The notes under the pieces were generated by a model that searched no databases, was not told where the DNA came from, and worked only from the letters and a program-made list of their open reading frames with translations. A stretch of 64,000 bases of DNA, taken from Epiperipatus broadwayi. Its lineage: Eukaryota; Animalia; Onychophora. Positions 12,157 through 24,636 of this stretch are shown in pieces (within the stretch, counting starts at the first letter, position 1; each line of letters starts with the position of its first letter). The DNA is taken from NCBI GenBank assembly GCA_028023455.1, contig JAQFVV010000010.1, positions 10,478,001-10,542,000 on the forward strand. Direction: 5' to 3'. The translations under genes were made by a program, and so were the position numbers.

Positions 12157-13959
12157 TAATTAATTAGTAATGGGAAAGTGAGTATAAACACTTCATTATT
12201 GATAAATGTTCATTATATTTAGCATAAATAAAATAAATTTATAAATTACTAAAGAACTATTAATAATCATACTCCAAAGAAAGAATGTGTTTTACATTAT
12301 GTAAATGAAGATAATAAGCAGAAGCCTTCAAAAAATTTTAGAGCTTATGACTGACAGTATTGACTTTTCTGTAAGATCATATTTTATTCAATATTATGTA
12401 AACTATCTATTTTAATTCAATTTTGCAGTGTAGAAATTTTATTAAACTAATTAACATTTAAATTGTTCAGCAATCTTATCCAAAATCTAAACAGAAAAAT
12501 TATATAGTGTGTTACTTCTAAAATATCTGATTTTATATTTTATTGTATTTTGAAAATTTCAAAAACAACAAATTCTTTAACACACTTTTTCTTTTCAAAT
12601 GAAGTTTTTTTTTTATTCTATGAACCGTCTTTTCATACTTCAGTTTTTCTCGAACATTTCGACTATATTATATGATCATTATCAAGGATTGTTTATGCCT
12701 ATAAAATATATATATATACAAATTTATGTTTACAAAGAATTTTCATAAACAGCATAATAAAAAATATTATTATAACAACAATTTTTTAATCTATTTTTTA
12801 CTTATTTTCCTAAGTATGTTGAAAAAAAATTTAATGTATATTATAATATTTTTATTACATTTATGGAAATTATTTTTAAACTTATATATGTATTAAGTAT
12901 AAATTTATAACATTTTGCAAATCTTTAAACATCCAGCACCAAAACATTTTCAAGGAAATGCTCCTTCAGTCATTCTATTATTATGTCAGATTTGGTAATA
13001 AATTTTTCATGTCATTGCATTATTTTCAGAAAGGTAAAAATAAATATATTAGAAAAAAAAAATTCATCATAAATTCTATGTATAAAATTCTGCCTATAAT
13101 CTTTAAAGATTTTAGTATAGTAATGAAATTTGAGTCTTTATTATAAACTTTCTTGCGTATACATATATTCATTTAATTCAGATTATTAGAAACATTTAAT
13201 CTGGCTTAATAGCAGTTTTAATTATATGATTTAATTTAAAGTTTTGCATATTGATTTATCCTTATACTAGAATAATGCCTTTTTAAGTAATATGTTAATA
13301 AAAATATATATTTAAATTCTGCACACAAGGATATAGATTAATGTTTAACAAAAAGATTAGCTAAATTGAAAATCCTGCCATTTATAAATTTTATATGCTC
13401 ACTTATACTTCAACATATAATTGTGTTAAACTTTATTTACTGCTTAATATGCTTTCAACAAATTTTGTAATATTCATAGTATTTGCATTTCTCAAGAGTC
13501 TATAGATTCCTGAAAAGTGCAAAGGTTATACATATGACAAAATTCATTGAAAACATGCTAAGCAGTAAATAAAGTTTACCTTTTTTGCGTAAATGTTCAA
13601 AACATTTTTACATAATTTTACGATAGAATCAAGAAAAGAGAAAGAAGTTTTTCAAATTATGTTGCATGCAAATAAACATAAATTCTGTGATAAGAAATGA
13701 CAAATTATTCACCAGTAATGATTAGATATTATGAAATCCATCAAAGTATTTTATTGTCTAATTATCTAAAAATGTCTTTGGACAGAAATAATAACATATA
13801 TATTTAACTTCTAAGTTCTCCTTATTGATTTTGCTTAATCTTATTCAATGAAAGTATTAATATTTGTTTATTTATTTTTTTACATAATACTTATTTTATT
13901 AATGAGAATATTTATGAATAATTTATTGTTATATATATAATACTTTTTTTATCCACCAG

Positions 13960-14022
13960 ATCCCGGAAACAAGTTACTCAGCACAATACGAAGTTCAAGA
14001 ATAGAAGGAAAAAACCTAATCA
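13960..14022 (+). CDS. UTP25: UTP25/DIEXF coding exon
   Basis: ccag|A TCC CGG...AAT CA|gtaag; SRKQVTQHNTKFKNRRKKPN; phase 2 in and phase 2 out fit both neighbouring exons. Confidence 0.8.
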
Positions 14023-14119
14023 GTAAGAAATTAAGTTCGTTTAACTAAATTTTTAGTATTATATGCTTAATCAGTAAGAAATTAAGCTCGTTTAACAAAA
14101 TTTTTAGTATTATATGCTT
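14017..14119. repeat. 51-bp tandem duplication overlapping a UTP25 splice donor
   Basis: taatcagtaagaaattaag at 14017 and 14068. Confidence 0.9.
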
Positions 14120-16101
14120 TATTTACTTTTATTTTAAAAAAATAGTTTTATGTAAAACTTATAAAATTCATCAATTAACTGTAACCTGAAAGTTCTGATA
14201 TCTATCCCAAAAGACCTTTAACTTTTGCTCTTTTCAATTTTCATAATTACATTTTAATAAATCACCGTCAAATTTTTTTACAATATAAAATCACTTCTTT
14301 CCTCTAGGATGCCAAATTTTATTTTATGATAAAAATATCTGTTATCATTAGCAGTAATATAGTTTAGAAGTGAACTTTTTTTATGATTAATTGATAAATG
14401 TACTTAATTTGTGAAGATACCGAATCAGATTTGCTAATGAATATTTTATTTATCAGGAAATTAATAGCATAATGTTTTAAGGACACTATATTGGATAAAC
14501 TTTTAAACAGCTTCATTTTACTCACCAGAAAGAATTTTCTTTTGTTGCTTTGTATCTTTTCTTAAGTTTTTTATTATTATTTGCATTTATAAACTATGAC
14601 ATCTGTAACAAGTTTCTATTGTTGAAGATGGTTTAAAATTAAAAATTGCATTGAAATTTGTAGAGACTAAAACTTTTATGTATTATAAATCAGTAAAAGT
14701 CAGTCTACATTTTATAACTATTTTCATTGTTATTTTGTCAAAAAAAAAAAAATGTGACCTGTTAGTTTTTGTTAAAGAAAATTGATGATTGTGTAGAGCA
14801 TGAATAGGCATTTAAATTAACCAAATGCCAGTCATTCTATTTTGTAATTGTAATTCCACCTACTTTGACCATAACCTAGGATTTGAATCTAAACGCAACT
14901 TAAATACTTTGGAAAACTGAGGAGTTTGCTGCAGGTTTAGGATTTTTTTTGTATTTTCTGTTGCCATTAAACTACTGATGAATAAATGGTTATTTAGCTA
15001 TTTTTGGTTAAAGAATTTACTAAATGCTCACCAGTCATCATTGATTAGTCTAGCGAAGTAATATATTTTTCACTATTTATTTTATAAAGAATGCTAAAGA
15101 GATCTTTGAAAAGTTATCAGAATTTAAAATACTCGTTTTTTAACATTCTGTTCTATCTCTAATTGCTTAATTTTTTTTATTTTAGTTGTGTAACAAATAT
15201 TTGAAAAGATTTCTAAATCTAATATAAAAAAATACGAAAATTCTGATCATTGTCATCATTATTTTCAACTATTGTTCAACCACTGTAGGTTGATCTCTCC
15301 AAATTTAGTCTAGTTTTTACTATTCTTAGTCTTGCTTCTTTACAATACCCCAGCAAAACTTCCTTATTTTGTCCATCCATCTCAAATGTAGTCTTTTTTT
15401 AAGTCTTTTACAATCTCTTGACATTCAATTTAAAATTTCAATTGTCATTCTATTATCATCTCTTCTAACAATATGTCCAGTCCAGTTCTATTTCAGTCTC
15501 TTATTTTTTTCAATGATGTTAGTGATACCTGTTTATTCTCTCACCTATGTATTTAGTTTCGATTTCTTCTTGATACTTCTAATATACATTTTTCCATATT
15601 TCTGATGCAATATAAAAATTATTTGCAGTAATTTTTGTTTAGAATATTATCTTATTCATTTTATTTTTGTGCACAATACAACTAAATCTTCACCTGCTTT
15701 TATTTTGTGGAGGGCTAAATAAACAGTCTTATATACCTTGTGTTTCAGTTTTCAAAAAAGTTATAGAATACCCATAAGTGATGACTTCTGATTGTTCTTT
15801 AAGCGATTATTAACAATTGGTTTATTAAATCATTTTTGTATATTAGTAATAGATAAATTTAATTTCAACTTTCATTTTTCATGTAGTAATAATTTTAGAA
15901 ATTTATATTATTTTATCAGTATTAGATTTCTTCCCAAAAAATTGAATTTAATGTTATACCGGCAATTGACATGATATATTTTTAAATTTATTGATTATCA
16001 ATGTTGGTAAAATCTTGTTTTGCATTTTTTTAAACATTTTATATGTTTTTTAAGCTTTTATTAATATTATGATTTTTAATAATTTTTTATTTATAATTTA
16101 G

Positions 16102-16216
16102 AGAATTTCGAGATCAGGGTTTGACTCGTCCTAAGATTTTAATCGTTGTACCTTTTAGAGAAGCTGCTATGAGAATTGTCACACTCTTAATTAATCTTTT
16201 ATTTTCAGAAAAAAAG
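16102..16216 (+). CDS. UTP25: UTP25/DIEXF coding exon
   Basis: [33 protein letters not shown], the UTP25 signature; ag/gtaagt sites. Confidence 0.96.
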
Positions 16217-16340
16217 GTAAGTTGTATAACTAAAACGTTTATACTATGTAATAAAAAAAAAAAAATCCTGATTAATAATATAATTTATTTATCTAATTGA
16301 AATTATGTTATCTGACACTTTTATGGTGGCTCATTTTTAG

Positions 16341-16413
16341 GCTTTTGTGGTTAATAAAAGTAGATTTCAGTCTGAATTCAGTTCAGAAGAAGACAAAATG
16401 AAACGTAAACCAG
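16341..16413 (+). CDS. UTP25: UTP25/DIEXF coding exon
   Basis: AFVVNKSRFQSEFSSEEDKMKRKP; phases 0 and 1 consistent with neighbours. Confidence 0.9.
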
Positions 16414-17068
16414 GTACCAAAATTAATTTCATTGTTAAAAAACTATTATTAAAATATATATATATTATAAGTATTACATTTTATCGCTTTATTGAGTTTT
16501 TTAAAGTAAGAAAATGAAATAAAAAGACTAATCATATTCAGTTCATCAATGGAGTTTTAGTGCAATTTTTATAATCCTTCATATAATACCATGTAGCCCA
16601 TCCTTTTAGTTTCTGGATTAATGATTTTGCCTCATTAAGAATAATTCAACAGTATATCTACCTCATTACAAGTGTTCCTATTTTTATCTCACTCATATTT
16701 TTTGTTGGAAATTTAAACAAATGTAAATAATAACTTAATTTTAATTTATATTTTGTGTATATAAATTGTGGATATTTATTTTATAGAATAAAAAAAAAAG
16801 CACTATTCAGTTACCCTCTCTTTATTTTTTCTTCATCTAAATCTATTTTTAAAAATAATCATTCATTTCAAACTTTATGTCAGCTGTTTTAGCAATGATT
16901 TTTTTTTTTCTCAGTTCTCTCTTTCCACTTTTTATGTAATGATTTTCTTCAGGCAATATATAGAAATGCAGCAAATGAAAACTTATTTTATTATTAAGAA
17001 AAAATAAAACTGATTAAAAACATGGTTCTGAGAAAATTGGTTTATTAATTTACAATATTTATTTAAAT

Positions 17069-17924
17069 CAGCATTTATTTTTTATAGCATCTGTATACAA
17101 TTGTAATCACATTCATATCGGCTTTTTCAAACCAAATTGTGCAAACGCTTTTTGCGAGTGTTAAATAATAAATGAATACCCTCTGACCCATACAAGATAT
17201 AGAATTTATGCAGCAATAAAAGGAATCCTCTTATTACTACGACTCAAATATTTATATATGAGCAAATCTGAAGTACTGGCACAGAAGGTGTGACTATATA
17301 ATAGTCACTTTGAATTACTATATATAACTTATGAATGAATGACGCCGCATTCATTCATAAGTTATATATAGTAATTCAAAGTGACTGTCATATAGTCACA
17401 CCTTCTGTGCCAGTACTTCAGATTTGCTCATATATAAATATTTGAGTCGTAATAATAAGAGGATTCCTTTATTGCTGCATAAATTTATATCTTGTATGGG
17501 CCAGAGGGTATTCATTTATTATTTAACACTCGCAAAAAAAAAAGCGTTTGCACAATTTGGTTTGAAAAAGCCGATATGAATGTGATTACAATTGTATACA
17601 GACGCTATAAAAAATAAATGCTGATTTATATATATGATTAATTTCAGTTGGAATGACGTTCAGTAAATTCTAGTAAATTTCATCGGCGTCATTCATTCAT
17701 AAGTTATATATAGTAATTCAAAGTGACTGTTATATAGTCACACCTTCTGTGCCAGTATTTCAGATTTGCTCATATATAAATATTTGAGTCGTAGTAATAA
17801 GAGGATTCCTTTTATTGCTGCATAAATTCTATATCTTGTATGGGTCAGAGGGTATTCATTTATTATTTAACACTCGCAAAAAGCGTTTGCACAATTTGGT
17901 TTGAAAAAGCCGATATGAATGTGA
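17069..17924. mobile_element. Unclassified 342-nt-unit insertion: 280-bp palindrome plus tandem copy
   Basis: Arms 17064-17341 and 17348-17628 with a 6-nt loop; third copy from 17690; ttacaatatttatttaaat at 17050-17068 and 17925-17943. Confidence 0.85.
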
Positions 17925-19432
17925 TTACAATATTTATTTAAATATTATTTAAGTAAATTCTAACTTATGCTAAAGCATTAAAATGTGGTTGTTATAAGAA
18001 TTTAAAAGACTTCTTGTAATCATGTTTTCAAAATCAACCACAAAGCTAACTGCACATTTTCATTTATATTATGATAAAAACTATTACAATTTATCTTCTT
18101 CACATTCATTTAATGCTATCTTTTGAAACTAATTTTATTCTAATACTTGTTTTGTTAATATTGGATTTTACATGTAATTGATTCTCTTGAAATTATTATA
18201 TACATACATACGTATACATAAATGGAATATGAAGTCTATAGCCATATTTGCTGGGAGAGCTAAATAATTATAGTCCATAACAGTTGCAACTGTGTTTCTG
18301 TTGAGGAAAAACTCTCAAATTACAGAAATCGATTTTTAACGTTTTTTGAGCAATATTTGTATTCCAGATTTGATTTCATTGGAAAATGACAATATCTAAG
18401 CATAACTAATCTAGAAAAAGCTTCTGAAAGTATGGAGTAAAATAACAAAATAGAGAAATAGTGACATCATTAAAAATCAATCTTTTCTTAAATTGAAATC
18501 CTATTTAGATTTATTATTACTCTTACAAATTATATGAAAGAAATTACTTTGGAGGAAAAAAGACTGCTGACATTGCAAAAATCTTTTTAAAAATGATAAT
18601 GCTAATACAAAATTGCCATTAACTATCATTAATGTCATTACATATCTTTTCTTGAAAATACTGATTAATATAAAGCTTGTTATAACTGTATCATTACTAA
18701 TTCTTTATTTCTAGATGTAAATTGTAGTACTCTTGGCAAATTAACTAAATAGATGTAGTAAGGAATAGAATTAAAGATCATGAAGTTCATCAGTCTTAAT
18801 GGAGCTCTGAATACCTCAGTGCGATTATATTTACTACATAGTAACTAAGTTTCCCACCAACAATTTTGAATTAAAAAAAGAAAACATTAAGTGATCAAGA
18901 AATAACGTGTAAATAATGGACTTGTATCAGAAAAAGCATTTAAGAAACTGCAATCTAAATACAGCAATATCTATTCCACCATTAGTTAGTATACTGTTAT
19001 TTCAAATAAAAATTATTTGGTTTTTTTTTTTTAAATAAAGTAACAATTGTTTGGCTAAGAAGGGTGGGGTAGTTTATATATTTATCCATATACTGCAGGT
19101 GTTATTCAAAATGATATTCATGCCATAGGCTAGCCATAGTTTTGTATATTTATTTATACATTGGTATGTTGAAATTTGTAGTGTTAATTCCAATGATTTG
19201 TTTTATTATATATTCTGTTTGATATCATATGTAGGTGTGTATATGTAAATTTTTGCTCTTTATTGTGTTATTTTATGAAATTTTTATTCTGCATTAGTAA
19301 CTTAATGTATTTTAAATCTGTTATCTAATATGAATGAGAAATAAAAAACTCTTTTCATAATAATATCTAGTTTGTTTTTATTTATTTATTTTTTTGATTA
19401 TTTTAATGTTTAGTTTATATGTATATTTGTAG

Positions 19433-19592
19433 ATGATTATAGAGCTCTGTTTGCTGGAAATATTGATGATAGTTTTCGTTTGGGAATGTCTATTAGTCCA
19501 AAATCAATAAAACTTTATACCCATTTTTATGCATCTGATGTTCTTATAGCTTCACCTCTTGGTCTTCGACCTATTATTATGGGTCGTGGAGG
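19433..19592 (+). CDS. UTP25: UTP25/DIEXF coding exon
   Basis: [48 protein letters not shown]; ag/gtaagt. Confidence 0.96.
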
Positions 19593-21801
19593 GTAAGTTT
19601 GTTTGTTTTTTAGCTTATCTTTGTTATTATTTTTGTTTTTAATTAAAGGAAAATATTCTAGTGCAAATGAAGTATTTATCGTGGCTTTTTTTCTAATGAG
19701 AGTTTAAAACATATTATATTTCCAAGGGCAGTTATCATTACCCTACACATTATATTAACTTAACTCTTAAATTAATTTTAATTTAATTATCAATGCAAAA
19801 ATTATTATTGTTATTATTTTAATTTTAAAAAGGGCAGGAGGTTATTTTTTAAAATAAATTGTACAGATATATCAATAGTAAATCAAAATTTTAAATTCAT
19901 TTATTCTAAAAGGAATAAAACATTTTAAATCTTTAAATAATATCATTATGAAGGTAATAATGAATACTGACATTTTGGTATTAAACCTGGTATTTTCCCA
20001 ATAATATATCTATTCCAAATCAGAATTTTCTTGATGATAATTGCCAATCAATCTATTTTTAATCAAAATAATTAAAAATCTTTAATTATAAAAATACAAA
20101 AATAGTGTGACAAATCAAATTTATATTCAAGATCAATATTATAGTTCTATGAGTTAAATCGAATATATTAGGTGTTTGAACTTCATGGTCATATATAAAT
20201 GTGAATCACATCCTATAATTATGATTACATTGCCTGATTTTAATAATTCAGTGCATAAATGTATATAAATAAATGTAAATAATTGTAATATTTATATAGG
20301 TGTAAATGTTAAGTTTCTTAATAATAATTTTTTTTTAAAAAAGGACAATTTTTTTAATCCAATAGAAAGTAAATATGTTAAACTCATAAAGCAGTTAATC
20401 AGTAGCACAAAATTAAATGTCTAATGTATCTGCCAAAAGGTAAAACAATTTTTTTTTTGCATTTCTGTAAATTCTTGCTAAATAAACAAATACAAGCAGA
20501 ACTACTTTTTCACTTTACATTTCCAAAACATTAAAAGCAGCAGTGGGAATCTGAATATATATATTTTATATTACAATGTTTTATTTAATCCATCCTCTTG
20601 AAACATTTGAATTATAATCTCCTCCACCAAAGAAATTAGGTTGAACAATCAGTAAAAGATTCTGAACGCAATCAAGGAAACTGATCCAAGTAACAGCCAA
20701 ATTAAGAAACTTGTTTATTGTAGGAATTATTATTCAATGTGTTTAAAACAATGTCAGGTAGTTTTTCTGCAATTTTATGATAATAATACTAAGATTTTCC
20801 AGAAAAGATTTACTTTGACAATCTGACATTAATAAATATTCAACAATATAAAGTTGAACTATTCTGTTTTATCTTCATGATCATGTTAATAAGTTTCCTA
20901 AAGTCAGAAAGAACTTAAAGATGTAGAACACTTATTTCACTAGTAAAGAAATTTTAAAGAATATTAGAGTAATTCAAATAGTAATTAATAAGTGCAGTGG
21001 AACTTTCATTAAATCAGTCTTTCTATTGCTTATAAGGTCCGTTTTCTGGCTACATCAGTTATTTTTACTATATATGGTTTATAAATAAAATTCTCATTTG
21101 TCAAAATCAATTTAGCTTTTTTTATTTATTTATTTTAAGGAATTTTTTATTGAGTTTTCACTACCATGTTAAATCTATGACTGTACTGTTTGAGTGTTGA
21201 CTGGTAGATTATTATAATTTGTTTTGATGATTTACAATATATTTTTAATTTAAAAGAAAAAAAATTATTAACTCTGTTTTTACTAAACTGTTAAAACATT
21301 TAATGCCTATTGGAGGACCAAGATGCTATACAAAGTCATTTCTGAGTAAATTATCACTTCCAAATTATAGAAATCTTAAATTAACAGATTTCATAATAGA
21401 ATTAAATTTATTCTCTTAATACCAATCATTGTTTTATTGAATTTTGTACGGAAATAGATAATGTTATAAATAAAAAAGTGAGAAGGCATAAGAATTTATT
21501 ACATAATGAAATTGTATATTATATAAAAGTTGTGTCTGCTAAACTATGGCCTTTTCGAATTTCTTTCAAGTCTAGATTGTGATAAATTCATTCTATTACA
21601 CGTTTTCATTATTGTAACTTTTTCAATACAACCTTAATTCAACCAAATAAATAACTATTGGAATAATATTTACTTGAATATTTAGATTTAAATACCAAAA
21701 AAAGAATAGAAATAAAATTGCTTTAGAATTGTTGTTTGCAATGTAGGTTAACTAAAAATCTGCATAAAATGTATTATAATATTGTTTATTGTATGTTATT
21801 A

Positions 21802-22289
21802 AACAATTCAAAACAAAACAACACTCTCCATATAGTAGTGCCATCTTGTGCTAACAAGAGCAATCAATGGATGCCAAAAGGCTTGTGCATAAAATCCCTA
21901 TCTAGTGCCTACTCATCCAATATCCCCAGACTAGTTTCTGGCTTGTGGCCTTCATCAGTGAGGAGCCTTGGATCTGAGAGCACTGCACCTAGATCTTAGG
22001 ATCTAATGCAACCCTCCAGCACCCACCTTTTAACTCTATTTAACTACAAAACTATGAGAATGAAATTGAAAACACTATTAATATTTTCAATCCAAGCTCA
22101 ATAGCTTATATAGTCATATGGGTCTGAACTCAATTCAGTACCCATACATTTTGGTGTCTTTGGCTCTTTAACAACCATAGCCACCACTATCCTATTAGGC
22201 AGGATTGGTGTTAAACCACTAAACATCACATGATCACTATCTCATACTAGCACAATATTGTGCTAGTATAAGATAGTGATCATGTGATG
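21802..22289 (-). mobile_element. HHR family 1 insertion: near-full monomer on the minus strand plus a short inverted terminal piece
   Basis: 16-bp TSD ttattgtatgttatta at 21786-21801 and 22290-22305; foldback at about 22225-22289. Confidence 0.85.
21915..21973 (-). ncRNA. Type I hammerhead ribozyme, fully intact copy
   Basis: AUCCAA-GGC-UCCUCA-CUGAUGA-A-GGC(CACAA)GCC-A-GAAAC-UA-GUC^UGGGGA-UA-UUGGAU; canonical core, bipartite stem I and palindromic ACUAGU stem III. Confidence 0.9.
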
Positions 22290-22987
22290 TTATTGTATGT
22301 TATTATACATAATTTTTTAAAGCTAAAAACTTCACAATTTTATTTATAAATAAGACTTTTTTAAGAAATAATAAATAAAAAGAATTAAGTAATTGCGTAA
22401 ATTTTAAAATTCAAATATATAATGTATTACTTCTTTATTGCATTCAAATCCTCTCTTGTATTATTATTAGTATTTTTAATGTCTATTCATAAAAGAAGTA
22501 TTTGGGTAATAATAGATATCAGTTTTGTATATGTTTTCATATCGCTAAACTTAAATTTATTAATTGTTATTTTTGTGAAGAACACTAATATAGCAGAAAT
22601 AAATCATTCTGTTTATTCCAGAAACATATATTGTAAGCTTGGGTTATCAATAAACATTAGATGGTAATGCTAAATTCAAATTCTTGGACTCTTTTCTAGC
22701 TAGTGGGTCTTTTTAGTGAGGAGCAGCCATTTTTACTTCTTTTATGACTTAAGATTCAGAAAGTAAAGATGGTTGTGTGGGATGAAATCCAAAGTTTCTC
22801 ATTTGGTAGAAACTAATCAAGATTTAAATGAAGCACTACCATCTAGCATCCATTGTTTATTCAATCTTACAATAGGTTACTGCTCTGAATGTAGATGTCA
22901 AAAATATACAAAAGAAAGTCATATAATTATTTGTTTGATACAAAACTTTGATATTTATGTAATTGTATGCTTCCTGTTTTATTTCAG

Positions 22988-23084
22988 AAAGAAAAAAGGT
23001 GAATATGATTTTTTATCATCAATCGAGATATTAATATTTGACCAGATGGATGTTTATTTGATGCAAAATTGGGAGCATTTGTTG
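22988..23084 (+). CDS. UTP25: UTP25/DIEXF coding exon
   Basis: [32 protein letters not shown]; cag/gtaaga. Confidence 0.96.
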
Positions 23085-23153
23085 GTAAGAAAATATTTAC
23101 ACTTTCATTAATTTTTACATCTCGCTATTAATAATATGTTATATTGGAAATAG

Positions 23154-23322
23154 ATATTAATGAAGCATATAAATCTTCAACCTCAACGTTCCCATGATGT
23201 CAATTTCTCAAGAGTCAGAATGTGGTCACTAAACAACTGGTCAAAACATTATCGACAAACACTCTTGTTTTCCAGTCTTACAACACCAGAAATGAATTCT
23301 ATTTTTAATAAGTTTTGTAGCA
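23154..23322 (+). CDS. UTP25: UTP25/DIEXF coding exon
   Basis: [56 protein letters not shown]; follows a 69-nt intron; phase-1 donor gtatcc. Confidence 0.95.
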
Positions 23323-24452
23323 GTATCCTTTTTTTATATAGTTTTTGGGTTTTAATTTAAATATCTTAAAAAAAAATTGTTTTTATCAATTCATTTCTTT
23401 TTGTGTAGATTTAATATTACAAAAGCTTTAAATAATTTGAAGAGAATTATATATCACAATTTGAATTAAGTGAAATAAATAAGTTTTGCATTAGTATTAT
23501 ATCTGATATGTTTTTAAAAAAAGCATCATTTAGATTGAGGTTTTATTTTAATATTGTAAAAGAAAACTAAGAACATAATTTTTTTATATAATTGTATATA
23601 TATATTTCGGTTCATGTGAATTGAGGAATAAATTGAAGGAATGAATATAACAGGTCCATTCATTTGAGCAAATAGAGATTTTTTTATTTTATTTACTTCA
23701 GTTCTGAATCAATCCATAATCCTTAGCAGTCATCACTCTAGCATTGTGCTAAACACAGCGCATATTTTTTTATTAAGCATTGTAAATTTTAGAAATGTTA
23801 ATACATTGTAAACAAATGAATTGTAATATAATATTAGGTTTTATTGCTTTTGAAACCATTTCTTTTAGAAAATCTTTTTTATAAGTGTGTTATTCAGGTA
23901 ATACTATTGGATATTATCCTTCATTATAGTAAGACACTATTTGAGTGTGTGGGGCCACTACAGGAGGAATTCAACAGAAGATTACTTAAAAAAGTATACT
24001 AATATTCATGATTAAATCTGGAGAGAACAATATTATGAGAAAATCTATATCAGTACAGCATTTCAAGCTAGAATTTTTTGGTTGGAAAAGTTTTTCACTA
24101 AAGATTCTATTTGCCATTAGTTAATTATATGTTTTCAGTCTCATTCTAATTAAGTTATAATGAAATGGGGGGGGGGGGGGCATCTATTGCTTTTTTTAGT
24201 GTACATTGAATATGAAATAGTACTAATTTAAATTGTAAATAAGCATACAATTCGTATGTACTTCTTTGTCTTAATACAATGATTAAATTTAAAATAAAAA
24301 ATATTCTATGTTCTCAGGATATGCTCAGAGATAGTTATTTTTTAGAAAATAATGACTCCCTTAATAATCTTTTGAAAAACACTTTCTCATAGTTTATTTA
24401 TATAAATTAATAATAATAAAAAGCAACTGAGATTTTTTGTATAAGGATTACT

Positions 24453-24636
24453 TTTATAAGATATATAGAGTAATAAAAATATACTATTCTCTATCACATC
24501 TTTAAATAAATCTCATAATAATTAGTTTGAAAACCATTAACTGATTTATAAGATATATAGAGTAATAAAAATATACTGTTCTCTATCACATCTTTAAATA
24601 AATCTCATAATAATTAGTTTGAAAACCATTAACTGA
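24453..24636. repeat. 92-bp tandem duplication
   Basis: tttataagatatatagagtaataaaaatatact...aaaaccattaactga occurs twice. Confidence 0.9.

Noticed and set aside
17641-17715. Canonical hammerhead or box C/D snoRNA in the spacer of the 342-nt family (CCGAUGA...CUGA; GAAA-UUAA-UC)
   Set aside because: No arrangement gives a core, stem II and stem I together, and the C-to-D distance is far too short for a snoRNA. Kept only as an unexplained structure.
24167-24180. Poly-G tract as a functional G-quadruplex
   Set aside because: Isolated homopolymer with no supporting context.
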